Shown here: positions 49,588 to 59,972 of the stretch, piece by piece
Numbering within the stretch: position 1 is the stretch's first letter
How the letters are laid out: each line of letters starts with the position of its first letter
DNA from: Promethearchaeota archaeon
GTDB taxonomy: Archaea > Asgardarchaeota > Lokiarchaeia > Sigyniarchaeales > SOKP01
Assembly: GCA_019058445.1 (NCBI GenBank)
Contig: JAHPZA010000004.1
Coordinates: 64,001 to 128,000 of the forward strand
Length of the DNA stretch: 64,000 nucleotides
Reading direction: 5' to 3'
Made by a program: the position numbers and the translations under genes
The notes under the pieces: generated by a model
Seen by the model: the letters and a program-made list of their open reading frames with translations, nothing else
Told to the model about the DNA's origin: nothing
The model's database searches: none

Positions 49588-49681
49588 TTAAGAATACTAT
49601 TTTTTTTCAATATAAGTCAGAAATAGGTCTATATAAAAAATATTGAGTGGTTTCAAATAAATACGAGGATTATTAAAACTT

Positions 49682-50827
49682 ATGTCAATGAACTTGTTCT
49701 CATCGGAAGTCCAGAAATTAGTCAATAAAGAGGTTCAATGGGTAAAACTACTTCCAGCAGATCCTCGAAGATATCTTCTTGAGTCTAATGAAATTTTTAC
49801 AGTTTATAGAACTTTAACAGATTTATTTGATTTATCTCCTGATTATAAAGATGTAATTAACATATATCAAAAAGTTCTAAAAGATCCTTTAGTGAATAAT
49901 CTTTTAGATAATTTATCGAACTGGGAAAGAGATTTTGTTAAAGCTCATAACAAGGCTGATTATCTTCCAAACCAACTCTGGCTTTTGCTTGACTGGGGAG
50001 TTAAAATAACTGACGATAAAAGAATGAAACAAGCAATTGATAAAGTTTTAGCGCACCAGGATGAAGATCTGGGTCAATTTTTAGCATTTATTGAAGCCTA
50101 TGATAGAAAGACAAAAACAAAGTATCCTATGTGGTCAAGTGCCTTATGTGATCATAATTTAATTGTAAGTGTTTTATTATTAGCAGGACTTAAGGATGAC
50201 GAGAGGGTTAAAAAAGGGCTTCATAGAATGAATGAGTTGTTAAAAAAGACTACTCAAGGGTGGGGATGGAAATGTGAACTATGGTTATATTACAAAAGAC
50301 GGGGACCAGGAAGAGTAAATGATGTCTGCCCAATGATCGTAGCGGATGCATTAAGAGGATATTGGATTTTAGAAGAGAAAGATTGGCCAAAAAATCTAAT
50401 TGATGCCGGTAAAACGCTTTTAAATTGTTGGATAAATAGATCAACAGATAAACCTTATATATTTGGTCATGGAAAAAATTTTAGATTACCTAGAGCACCT
50501 TTTTTTTGGTATAATATTGGAACCATTTTAGATGCCACAAGTCACTATCCAGAATTAGTAAAAACGCAAGCTTTTAAAGAGCTAATAGCTGTAAGTTTGA
50601 TTGAATTTCCAACTGATGGTAGATTTATACCTAAATCTATTTATATGTATTTTAAGAATTATTCTTTTGGTCAAAAAAGAGAGCCTTCTCCATGGATGAC
50701 ACTATTTCTTTCAAGAATCTATAAACGAGCAGTAGAAATTGATTCAAAAATAATTGATTCTATAAAAAATATCAATGCAAAGTCATTAAAAGGATCAAAA
50801 GGTGGAGACAAATATAAGATAAAGTAA
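49682..50827 (+). CDS. Alpha/alpha-barrel (prenyltransferase-repeat-like) hypothetical protein
   Basis: Helical repeats, QGWGWKC, PFFWYN, FGQKREPSPWMT. Confidence 0.5.
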   Translation: MSMNLFSSEVQKLVNKEVQWVKLLPADPRRYLLESNEIFTVYRTLTDLFDLSPDYKDVINIYQKVLKDPLVNNLLDNLSNWERDFVKAHNKADYLPNQLWLLLDWGVKITDDKRMKQAIDKVLAHQDEDLGQFLAFIEAYDRKTKTKYPMWSSALCDHNLIVSVLLLAGLKDDERVKKGLHRMNELLKKTTQGWGWKCELWLYYKRRGPGRVNDVCPMIVADALRGYWILEEKDWPKNLIDAGKTLLNCWINRSTDKPYIFGHGKNFRLPRAPFFWYNIGTILDATSHYPELVKTQAFKELIAVSLIEFPTDGRFIPKSIYMYFKNYSFGQKREPSPWMTLFLSRIYKRAVEIDSKIIDSIKNINAKSLKGSKGGDKYKIK

Positions 50828-50907
50828 ATAAACTTGACTTCAAAACTTTTTTATAGAAAAAAGATGAGCTAATTATTAATTAAAAATTATTTCGAATTTT
50901 GATAAGA

Positions 50908-51897
50908 ATGACAATTTTAGTGACGGGTGCAAATGGGTTTATGGGCTCAAATGTTGTAAGGGAATTAATTAATGATGGTGAAGATGTAAGGGTTACTATT
51001 AGAAAGACCAGTGATACTCGAAATATCGATGATCTGGAAGTGGAAAAGGTCTATTGCGACATTCGGGACAAAAAAACTGTAAAAACAGCACTGAAGGGAT
51101 GCAATACTCTTTATCATACTGCAGCCTATTTTGCTCATTGGTCACCCAATAAACAATTATTTTATGATATAAATGTCGAAGGGACCAAAAATATTCTTGA
51201 GGAAGCCCTTTCTCAAGGATTAGAAAAAGTAGTTTATACTAGCACTTCTAATACAATAGGATCTCATGGAGCTGGAAACTATGTTACAGAAGAGGCAGAA
51301 TTTAATGGGTGGGAGGCAAAAGACCACTATGCCATTTCAAAATACCTTGCTGAGATTGAAGCAAAAAAGATTTGCGAAAAAGGTCTTCCTCTAGTAATGG
51401 TAAATCCAACTTTAGTTATTGGGGTCAGGGATCGCAAGCCAACACCTTCTGGGGCATTAGTTGTCGATATAGCTAATGGGGACATGCCAGGGTATATTGA
51501 AGGGGCTATAAATGTTATTGATGTTGAAGATGTGGCTCGTGGACACATTCAGGCAGCTCAGAAAGGAAGGATAGGTGAAAGATATCTCTTTGGAAATGAA
51601 AATTTGTTTGTTGGAGAATTTTTTAATATGATTGCAGAAATTGCTGAAGTTGAAGCGCCAAAGCATAAGATTCCTTATAAAGTTGCATTATTAGTAGGAT
51701 ACTTAAGTCAGGTGTCCTCCCGAATCACAAAAAAACCACCCATTGTAACAGTTTCTCAAGTACGCTTAGGAAAGATGGGTGAACATTTTGATTGTTCCAA
51801 GGCTGTAACTGAATTGGGATTAAAACAGACACCTATCAAAAAAACTATTGAGAAGGCAATTAGCTGGTTTAGAGAAAATGGGTATATAAAAAAATAA
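50908..51897 (+). CDS. Extended SDR / NAD-dependent epimerase-dehydratase (HpnA/dihydroflavonol reductase-like)
   Basis: VTGANGFMG, YTST, YAISK, DVEDVARGH. Confidence 0.9.
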   Translation: MTILVTGANGFMGSNVVRELINDGEDVRVTIRKTSDTRNIDDLEVEKVYCDIRDKKTVKTALKGCNTLYHTAAYFAHWSPNKQLFYDINVEGTKNILEEALSQGLEKVVYTSTSNTIGSHGAGNYVTEEAEFNGWEAKDHYAISKYLAEIEAKKICEKGLPLVMVNPTLVIGVRDRKPTPSGALVVDIANGDMPGYIEGAINVIDVEDVARGHIQAAQKGRIGERYLFGNENLFVGEFFNMIAEIAEVEAPKHKIPYKVALLVGYLSQVSSRITKKPPIVTVSQVRLGKMGEHFDCSKAVTELGLKQTPIKKTIEKAISWFRENGYIKK

Positions 51898-51920
51898 TAT
51901 CCTGAAATATATATTTGGAT

Positions 51921-51953
51921 GATCGCGAAACGGGTCTTTCACGATCTTTTTTT
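51921..51953 (+). terminator. Hairpin plus T-tract between convergent genes
   Basis: GATCG-C-GAAA / TTTC-A-CGATC stem followed by T7. Confidence 0.5.
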
Positions 51954-52428
51954 AGTAATTTTGGGTCAAATCTAAGGTATAAAATAATTCGTTATGAGTG
52001 TCAGAAAACAAATTCCCTAAATTTGAAACATATTTAAAATTAAATTTTTTATATAACTGTATTGCATTTTTGTTATTTTCATTAACAAAAAGGTATATTC
52101 TTCGAGATTTAATTCCAATTTTTTTAAAAAATTCTTTAACAGCTTGGATTGAAGATTTCAATAGCGCAGAACCAACTCCTTTTCCTCGATATTCCTTAAG
52201 AACAAATATCTCTTCAAATTCAGCAACACCTAAGTTGGGATCTTCTTTAATTTTCCATTGAATTATGCCTATTAATTGATTATTTTTTATCGCGATAAGT
52301 GTATTATTATGGGTGAGATAACATTCAACCCTATTTTGAATTAAATTACGAAATTTATAATGTTTAAAGTTTTTAATTAATAATTCTTTATCATTAGAAG
52401 TAGCTTTTCTTATTTCCATATTTTCCAC
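51952..52428 (-). CDS. GNAT acetyltransferase
   Basis: FVLKEYRGKGVGSALL, N.NAIQLYKKFNF. Confidence 0.92.
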   Translation of the reverse strand: MENMEIRKATSNDKELLIKNFKHYKFRNLIQNRVECYLTHNNTLIAIKNNQLIGIIQWKIKEDPNLGVAEFEEIFVLKEYRGKGVGSALLKSSIQAVKEFFKKIGIKSRRIYLFVNENNKNAIQLYKKFNFKYVSNLGNLFSDTHNELFYTLDLTQNY

Positions 52429-52677
52429 ATGCCTTTTATGAATCTTATTTTTTTCTTCTTATTGATAATATTCGTTATTTTAAAAACTGTAATTGAATTT
52501 TGTATAGTCTAAATTACTTCCTGTATAATAATTATCAAGATTTCTATTTTACAAATTATTTCTTCAAATTTTATTTAGCTTTTTATATAAGTAATCAAGC
52601 ACTTAAACTTAAAATTGTAGTAAAAATTTTCCCTAATTAATACAATCAAAGGTACTTTTCTTAAAAGAAGTGAAATT

Positions 52678-53304
52678 ATGGTTCAAAATCCTCAAGCTAC
52701 ATATCAAGCCCTTTCAATTCTAAGAAGTGGAGAAAATTTCAACTTTTATGTGATCTTTTTTCTTGTCGTTGTATTATTCATATATTTCAACGAAATACAA
52801 AAGAAAAATTGGAATGGAATAGCTGCTGGTATGGCTTTTTATATGTTGCAGTGGTTATTTGAAATTTGTAATGCTCTATTTCAACCAGCAACGGGGCATG
52901 CTCTCTGGACAATACCAACTGGAACCGCTTTTCTAATTCTTATTGGGCTTAGCATTGAACTCAGTTTAATGTTTTCAATTGTAGGATTAGCTGTGAGCAA
53001 AATCTTACCAGAGGATCCAAAGGAACAATTCCGTGGAGTTCCCATTATAGTAATTTATATTATAGGTTTTGCTGCTTTTGCGTCAATTATTGAATTTTTA
53101 CTAGCAATGACTCCTGCGTTTGTTTGGGTTTGGGAATACTGGAATGCATTAGCGGTTTTTATAATTATCTACATCCCTTTGTTTTCAGTTGCTTGTTTTA
53201 GCTATTATTGGGAACATAAGAAGCAGAAGATATTCATATGTTCTTTAGCATTAGTGAATATCACTCTTCTAACAATATTTATAGGATTTTTAGGAGTAAT
53301 CTAA
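52678..53304 (+). CDS. Six-TM membrane protein (tandem paralog A)
   Basis: Highly similar to the next gene: GHALWTIPTGTAFLILIG..IELSLMFSI.G. Confidence 0.8.
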   Translation: MVQNPQATYQALSILRSGENFNFYVIFFLVVVLFIYFNEIQKKNWNGIAAGMAFYMLQWLFEICNALFQPATGHALWTIPTGTAFLILIGLSIELSLMFSIVGLAVSKILPEDPKEQFRGVPIIVIYIIGFAAFASIIEFLLAMTPAFVWVWEYWNALAVFIIIYIPLFSVACFSYYWEHKKQKIFICSLALVNITLLTIFIGFLGVI

Positions 53305-53400
53305 ATGTGAGATGGAATAATTATTAAACCATTCTAAATTGAACAAACTAAATATATTATAATAATAAAAAAGAATAAAATATCTCTTAATTTGATAAAT

Positions 53401-54036
53401 ATGGTTCATAATCCTCAAGCTACTAAACAAGCCCTTTCAATTCTGAGAAGCGGAGAGAATTTTAACTTTTATGTGATTTTTTTACTTGTCCTTGTTTTAT
53501 TCATCTACTTTAGCGAAATGAAGAAAGAGAATTGGAATGCCATCGCGGCAGGTTTAGCTCTTTATATGGTACATTGGCTTGCAGAAATTATTAATGCGTT
53601 ATGGCAACCATTAACAGGGCATGCCCTCTGGACAATTCCAACAGGGACAGCATTTTTAATCCTCATTGGAGTTGGGATCGAACTGAGTTTGATGTTCTCA
53701 ATAGCAGGAATTGCTGTGAGTCGCTTATTACCAGATGATCCGGAAGAAGAAATTTTTGGTTTCCCTAATAAGATAGGTAGAATAGGAGTAGCGCTTGCGA
53801 ATGCTGCATTAGCCTCAATTATAGAAATCTTTTTGGTAATGACTCCAACATTTGTATGGGTTCATGAATATTGGAATGCATTTACGGTCTTCATTTTCGT
53901 ATATATTCCCTTTTTCTTTGCTGCAGTATATGCATATTACTGGGAGCCAAGAAAACAGAAATTATTTATAGGGTCATTAGCAGCCGTAAATGTTGTGCTC
54001 CTTATAATATTTGCAGGGATTCTACAAATAATTTAA
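53401..54036 (+). CDS. Six-TM membrane protein (tandem paralog B)
   Basis: ATG 53401 aligns with the start of paralog A (MV.NPQAT.QALSILRSGENFNFY). Confidence 0.8.
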   Translation: MVHNPQATKQALSILRSGENFNFYVIFLLVLVLFIYFSEMKKENWNAIAAGLALYMVHWLAEIINALWQPLTGHALWTIPTGTAFLILIGVGIELSLMFSIAGIAVSRLLPDDPEEEIFGFPNKIGRIGVALANAALASIIEIFLVMTPTFVWVHEYWNAFTVFIFVYIPFFFAAVYAYYWEPRKQKLFIGSLAAVNVVLLIIFAGILQII

Positions 54037-54122
54037 TCAAATTTATTTTGTTTTTTTTTTTATTTTCAATGAAAATATTTTAAAAAAACCAGCTTTTAGT
54101 GTTTAAAATTGGTTATAGTTTC

Positions 54123-55040
54123 TTAAAGAATTGTTTTTCCTAACGCACTTGTTATTAATTCGACTGCAAGTTTACCAGTTTTATTTGCATAATCTAAAAT
54201 TGGATTTACCTCAACAACTTCCATTGAGGCCATTTTTCTACTTTCTGCTATTAATTCGCATGTTAAATGAGCTTCACGGTATGTTAATCCCCCAGAAACA
54301 ACAGTTCCTGTTCCTGGAGCTACAGAAGGTTCAACAGAATCAATATCAAAACTAAGGTGAAAAGGTCTTTCACCATCCTCCCTAGTAACAATTTTAATCG
54401 CTTTCGCCATAACCTCAGAAATCCCTAATTCATCAATATCTTTTATAGTGAAGATTTTAATATGACTCTCTTTAAGATTCTTTTTTTCTAAAGGATCAAG
54501 TTTGCGTACACCAATTAATACAACAGCATCTTTATTAATCATTGGAAATCTTGCTCCTATATGAGTTAATAGAGGATTTCCAAGACCTAAAAGTGTAGCT
54601 AAAGTCATCCCATGAATATTCCCGCTTTGCGTCGTTTCAGGAGTGTTGAAATCACCATGAGCGTCTATATAAATAAGACCTATTTCCTTATAATGATGAG
54701 TTAATCCTGCAATTGAACCTATTGTAATAGAATGATCACCTCCTAAGATCAGAGGAAATCCACCTGTTTTAACTATTTTTTTAATATAATCCCGCAACCT
54801 TTGACAATGATTAACTATATCTTCAAGAAATCGTAGTTTAAGATCTCCCATTTTACCCGTTTCAAAGGTACAACATGATATATCCCCATCATCAATAACT
54901 TTATAACCCAACTCATCCAATTCTTGATTCAATCCAGCAAAACGAATTGCACTAGGACCCATATCTACACCGCGTCTTGATTGACCTAGGTCATGTCGCA
55001 TACCTACAATATGAATCCTACCTTCATTTAATAATTTCAT
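54123..55040 (-). CDS. rocF: Arginase
   Basis: GVDMGPSAIR, GGDHS, DAHGDFNTPETT.SGNIHGM, SFDID, GGLTYRE, EVNP. Confidence 0.93.
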   Translation of the reverse strand: MKLLNEGRIHIVGMRHDLGQSRRGVDMGPSAIRFAGLNQELDELGYKVIDDGDISCCTFETGKMGDLKLRFLEDIVNHCQRLRDYIKKIVKTGGFPLILGGDHSITIGSIAGLTHHYKEIGLIYIDAHGDFNTPETTQSGNIHGMTLATLLGLGNPLLTHIGARFPMINKDAVVLIGVRKLDPLEKKNLKESHIKIFTIKDIDELGISEVMAKAIKIVTREDGERPFHLSFDIDSVEPSVAPGTGTVVSGGLTYREAHLTCELIAESRKMASMEVVEVNPILDYANKTGKLAVELITSALGKTIL

Positions 55041-55119
55041 AAGTTAGTTTACATTTTAATTTCTTTAATTAAATAGTAAAATCTAACTATTAAAATAAAT
55101 TAGAATAAAAATTAAGAAA

Positions 55120-56406
55120 TTAGTGATTTTGAGATTTTAATTTCTTTTTGAGTTCCTTGATTTTGGGTTGAAGTAGTATTGCCCCATTATTAATTATATT
55201 ACTGGCTATGAAGGATGTTTCTGTTTCTGCTTTTTGCTTTAAAACTTTAGACTTTAGTGTTAAAGCTTCTAATAATAACGCATTCTCTGCTTCGGATCCG
55301 TTAATTATAACATCAAGCAAATGTAATGCTAATTGTAGATTTCCCTGGTCGACATTTTTTTTTGCTTGTTCTAAAAATTTTATTCCATCAGCAACTTTTA
55401 AAAATTCCTTGGCAATATCTGACGTTCTTGCTGGATAAAGATCTGTTGGATTTCCGGTATCATACCACCCATGGTAAAGCCTATAAACTGCATGAATTGC
55501 AAATTCATAACATCCATACATGGGAAGTAGATAAGGATGGTTTTTGAATTTATCCGGAAAAAGTTCGATCATTTCGTGAAATATTTGCTCAAACCATTTC
55601 CCCTCATTCATTCTTTTTACAATTTCATCGTGGACAAAATACATTGCTTCAGCTGTTATTGATAAAACTTCTTTAACTTTTTCTTTCCCCTCTATAAGCT
55701 CACCATGACCAGGAACTAAATATTCTGCGTTTTTTTCCATCATTCTTTCCATAGCTAATGCCCAATGTTTTGGATATCTCTGAACTTTATAAGGATTCCC
55801 GACATTTGGAAAATGACTCACCATTAGATCTCCGGCAAAAATAACACTTTTTTCTGGCATCCATAACCAGATAGCATCATCAGTCTCACCCCATTCTGGA
55901 TATATTTCGAATTTATAGCCTCCAAATTCAAAAATATATTTATCATTTCCATGAATGATTATAGTTGGATCCAATGTTTCATGGGCAGAAACTTCTACAG
56001 GGTTTTTGAGGGAAGCAAACTGTTGTTGATTTAACCAGATGTGATATTTGTCTAGCATTCTGTATTTTTCGAATCGTCTTATGCAGTTCTCATGTGCTAT
56101 AACTTCAGGCATATCCCATCCTTTTTCCTTAATTTCATTAATGATCGGATCAAATCCAAAGCAATGGTCGAAGTGCCCATGACTATAAATTATATATTTT
56201 ATAGGTTTATTTGTCACTTCTCTGAGATCTCTAAAAATTTTCCGACCAAGAGGTTTCATAGATATGTCAAAAAGGATTAAGCCATCATCAGTTTCCACAA
56301 CACCACAATTCCCAAAACCACCTATTAAGTGGCAAACTCCATCAGCAAAAGTAACAGTCGGTATAAATCCAAAAGCTCTTCTCATTCTTTCTTGAGTTAT
56401 TTTCAT
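55120..56406 (-). CDS. Alkyl/aryl-sulfatase-like MBL-fold hydrolase
   Basis: SHGHFDH, GETDD, PNVGNPYK, PGHG, GWYD.GNP dimerisation region. Confidence 0.85.
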   Translation of the reverse strand: MKITQERMRRAFGFIPTVTFADGVCHLIGGFGNCGVVETDDGLILFDISMKPLGRKIFRDLREVTNKPIKYIIYSHGHFDHCFGFDPIINEIKEKGWDMPEVIAHENCIRRFEKYRMLDKYHIWLNQQQFASLKNPVEVSAHETLDPTIIIHGNDKYIFEFGGYKFEIYPEWGETDDAIWLWMPEKSVIFAGDLMVSHFPNVGNPYKVQRYPKHWALAMERMMEKNAEYLVPGHGELIEGKEKVKEVLSITAEAMYFVHDEIVKRMNEGKWFEQIFHEMIELFPDKFKNHPYLLPMYGCYEFAIHAVYRLYHGWYDTGNPTDLYPARTSDIAKEFLKVADGIKFLEQAKKNVDQGNLQLALHLLDVIINGSEAENALLLEALTLKSKVLKQKAETETSFIASNIINNGAILLQPKIKELKKKLKSQNH

Positions 56407-56585
56407 AAATATTTCACACTTTTATCTTTTTCTTTAAATTAAGTTATGTAATTAATTAGATGTATATATGATTGTTTATATAGCATCATTTAGATTTGAG
56501 AGACAAATTTTAATGAAATATAAAGATAATCTTTTTTAGCGAATTTAATAGAATAATATGCAAATAGTTTATATTATAGGTTAAA

Positions 56586-57422
56586 ATGGTAAATGATATG
56601 GATTTAAACATCAACTCTACTTTAAAATTAAACAATGGTATAGATATCCCAATAATCGGTCTAGGAACGTGGGCTCTTACTGGAAAAAACGTTTATAATT
56701 CAGTGCTATACTCCTTAGAAGTCGGATATAGATTAATTGATACCGCTGCTATGTATGGCAATGAACGAAAAATAGGAGAAGCTGTGAAAGATACTGATGT
56801 CTCACGAGAGGATATTTTTATTACCACGAAAGTGTGGAATTCTGACCATGGGTTTGAGAAAACTCTCAAAGCCTTCGAAAAAAGCTTAAAAAATCTAAAA
56901 GTTTCCTATGTAGATCTTTATTTAATTCATTGGCCTGTTAGTGGTCTTAGAAACGAAACGTGGAAGGCTTTAGAAAAGATTTATAAAGACGGAAAAGCTA
57001 AATCGATAGGGGTAAGTAATTTTACAATTCGTCATTTAAATGAGTTGCTTGAAACAACTTCTACAATTCCAGCAGTCAATCAATTTGAATTTTCTCCTTT
57101 TTTATATTTGAAAGAATTGATGGATTTCTGTAATTCAAAAAAAATTGTTGTTGAAGCGTATTGTCCATTAACACGTGGGCAAAAGTTAGATAATCCTCAA
57201 TTAAAAGCAATTGGACAGAAATATGGTAAAAATTCAGCTCAAGTTTTGCTTCGATGGGGAATTCAACATCAAGTTATTCAAATTCCTAAATCAGGAAATA
57301 AAGATCACATAAAAGAAAATATAGACATCTTTGATTTTAATTTAGACGATGAAGATATGAAACAATTAGATAATCTAAACGAAGATTTTCGAAATGTTGA
57401 CGATCCAAGCATGTGGAAATAA
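56586..57422 (+). CDS. Aldo/keto reductase
   Basis: GLGTW, IDTAAMYGNE, ITTKVW, DLYLIHWP, SIGVSNF, IPKS. Confidence 0.95.
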   Translation: MVNDMDLNINSTLKLNNGIDIPIIGLGTWALTGKNVYNSVLYSLEVGYRLIDTAAMYGNERKIGEAVKDTDVSREDIFITTKVWNSDHGFEKTLKAFEKSLKNLKVSYVDLYLIHWPVSGLRNETWKALEKIYKDGKAKSIGVSNFTIRHLNELLETTSTIPAVNQFEFSPFLYLKELMDFCNSKKIVVEAYCPLTRGQKLDNPQLKAIGQKYGKNSAQVLLRWGIQHQVIQIPKSGNKDHIKENIDIFDFNLDDEDMKQLDNLNEDFRNVDDPSMWK

Positions 57423-57809
57423 GAGAATATTATATAGGTATATAAAAGATATACCCCTTTTTCTTTATGTTTAATTAGAAAATTAGAATAAAAAACGATA
57501 AAAGGTTTTAATAATATCCCCTAAAACCTAATTTCTAAGAGATTTGAGTTTATAACTTTTATTATACCCTTTAATCTCTATTTAAGAGAAACAATTTATC
57601 AAATTAATAATTGTAATTTTTTTCTTTAATTTCGTACTATATACTCGAACATAAATTTAATTATTAGATATGAAAATAGATTTATTTTTTAGTAGCTAAA
57701 ATCAATTTTTAGGAAATTCTAACAAATAAAAATTGGACTATATAAGAGTTTTATCTTATCAAATATAAAATTTTATTGAGTAAATGAAAATTTATGGAGA
57801 TTTTTAATA

Positions 57810-58091
57810 ATGAGTCAATTATATAAATGGCAGTTTAGAGATAATTTTCAAAATGATAGAGAAAAGATAATTCAGTTGCTTATAAGTGAGATAGTGTTTT
57901 TAAACCACTGTCTTAATAAAGCTAAAAAAAGAAAGGAAAGGAAAATTATTAAAAAGACTTGTAGGAAGCTTGAGAAATTATTAATTACCCAACAAGGGCA
58001 AATAGAAGTTAGATTATCAGGGGAAGATTATAACCTCGTAATTTCAATCATCATTCAGGCTTTTAACAAGATAGTAAATAAATTAAGTTAA
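57810..58091 (+). CDS. Small hypothetical protein
   Basis: ATG start with GGAG upstream; helical and basic. Confidence 0.6.
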   Translation: MSQLYKWQFRDNFQNDREKIIQLLISEIVFLNHCLNKAKKRKERKIIKKTCRKLEKLLITQQGQIEVRLSGEDYNLVISIIIQAFNKIVNKLS

Positions 58092-58139
58092 TTAATAGGA
58101 TTATATAATTCTTTAAAATTAAACATGTATTTCTTCTTT

Positions 58140-59591
58140 CTATATAGGTAATCTTATTATAAACGTTGAACCTTTATCTCTTCCCTCAGATTCAAGTATA
58201 ATTTTTCCTTCATGTAATTTAACAATCTCATTAGAGATATATAATCCGAGCCCCGATCCTTCAATAATAATATCTTTTCCTTGTATTTGTCTTTCAATCT
58301 TCCCGAATTTTTTAAATGCAATATCTCTTTCATCTTTAGTAAAACCAATCCCGGTATCTTTTATTGTTATGTCGATATTAGTTTTTTCTTTGTTCAAACT
58401 AACATAGATTATACCATTTGGAGGGGTGTTTTTTATTGCATTTGACAATAAATTCAAAATAACATGTTCAATTCTAATTTTATCAATATTTATATAAATA
58501 TCTTCATCAAGATCAGTTTTTAAAAAGAGTTCCCTTTCTTTAAACGACAATTCAAAATCATTAATACACTCTTTAACAGTTTTTGTAATGTTAATTCGCT
58601 GTTTCCTCAATTCTATTTTCTTAGATTCAAGATCGTAAACATCAAGCAAATTTTCAGTAAGATTTTTTAATCTAGTTCCTCCTCTATTAATCACTTTAAT
58701 GAGCTTTAATATTTCCTCATTTAATTCTTCTTTGTAAGTGTCTAACAGATATTTGGATGATGTGTATATGGATATTAAAGGTGTCTTTAATTCATGAGAA
58801 GTTCTCCTCACGAAATCACTTCTAATTTGATCAATTTCTTTTAATTTTTCTATCTGTTCCTTGATCATTCTTTCTGCTTTTTTTTGATCTGAAATATCTC
58901 TAATTATGCCAATAATTTTTAACTCACTATCTATTGCCACTAAGCTTCCTATAATAGATACTTGGATATATTTTCCGGTTTTATTTCGCATTCTACATTC
59001 AATTCGTGCATTTTCCCCAGTCTCAAACGTTTTATCGAAACTTCTTTTTAAAAATTCTATATCATCTTCATGTATAATTTCAGATAATTTATGCTCCAAC
59101 AATTCTACTGGTTGATAACTGGTTAATATTTTGATCTGAGGACTCACATAACTAATTTTCTTATTTGAATTTAATTCAAATATCACATCTAAAATATTGT
59201 TTACGAGATTTCTATAATTCTCTTCTGATGCTCTTAAATCTTTTGTTCTTTCTTCAATCTTCTTTTCTAACTCTTTATTTAATAAAAATAATTCCCGCTC
59301 TGTTTCGCTTAATTTTTGCTCAAAAAATGCGGTTATACTTACTACTAATATAATCATTGATAAAAATACTGCAAAAAAATCACCAAATTCATCAGCATCA
59401 TACCAAGTAGTAAAAGCCTCTAAAACTTCACCTAAACAGTAAAAAGATCCCACTGTAAATAAAATTAATTGTAAAAGGGTGGTTGCTTTTTTCTTTTTTA
59501 TAAAAATTAAATAAGTTATAACAAACCCGCCAATAAAAAAGACTATTGCTATTGAATTCACAGTACCTTCTATTATATCTTCAAGATCCAT
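58140..59591 (-). CDS. Membrane PAS histidine kinase (3 TM-PAS-HisKA-HATPase)
   Basis: SHELKTPL, NLLSNAIK, DTGIG, GSGLGL; PAS YVSP...IIHEDD. Confidence 0.95.
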   Translation of the reverse strand: MDLEDIIEGTVNSIAIVFFIGGFVITYLIFIKKKKATTLLQLILFTVGSFYCLGEVLEAFTTWYDADEFGDFFAVFLSMIILVVSITAFFEQKLSETERELFLLNKELEKKIEERTKDLRASEENYRNLVNNILDVIFELNSNKKISYVSPQIKILTSYQPVELLEHKLSEIIHEDDIEFLKRSFDKTFETGENARIECRMRNKTGKYIQVSIIGSLVAIDSELKIIGIIRDISDQKKAERMIKEQIEKLKEIDQIRSDFVRRTSHELKTPLISIYTSSKYLLDTYKEELNEEILKLIKVINRGGTRLKNLTENLLDVYDLESKKIELRKQRINITKTVKECINDFELSFKERELFLKTDLDEDIYINIDKIRIEHVILNLLSNAIKNTPPNGIIYVSLNKEKTNIDITIKDTGIGFTKDERDIAFKKFGKIERQIQGKDIIIEGSGLGLYISNEIVKLHEGKIILESEGRDKGSTFIIRLPI

Positions 59592-59634
59592 ATTGATTAT
59601 CACCTAATTCCTTAGCCTTTACTTTTCATTCAAT

Positions 59635-59910
59635 TTATTTTCTCTTTTGATTTAATTCAAAATATTCTTTTAAGGCAGCAATAAATAATAAAATAGCTCC
59701 GGCCAAAATTACTACATTTTCTAAATAATTAAATATAAATTTAAATTCCCCATATTCAAATACTTCAGCAATAAACACAAATATGAGACAAATCAAACCA
59801 GGTACATATTTGGTAAATTCTATTTTTCTATAGGAAATGAAAAAAAGAATACAAATAGCAATTAATCCAAGAATCATAGAATTTAGCTCTAAATAGTTAA
59901 GATCCGCCAT
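59635..59910 (-). CDS. Small three-TM protein resembling the kinase membrane domain
   Basis: Three TM helices; NS / AEVFE / YFE versus NS / GEVLE / FFE in the kinase. Confidence 0.7.
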   Translation of the reverse strand: MADLNYLELNSMILGLIAICILFFISYRKIEFTKYVPGLICLIFVFIAEVFEYGEFKFIFNYLENVVILAGAILLFIAALKEYFELNQKRK

Positions 59911-59972
59911 TTTGATTTACCATTTCTTTTAATTATGATTTTTTTCAATTTATTTTATTTTGGATAAATTAT

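Noticed and set aside
49682-51897. Hopanoid biosynthesis pair (cyclase-like + HpnA-like)
   Set aside because: The upstream protein is too short for squalene-hopene cyclase and lacks DXDD and QW motifs; HpnA-like SDRs are widespread.
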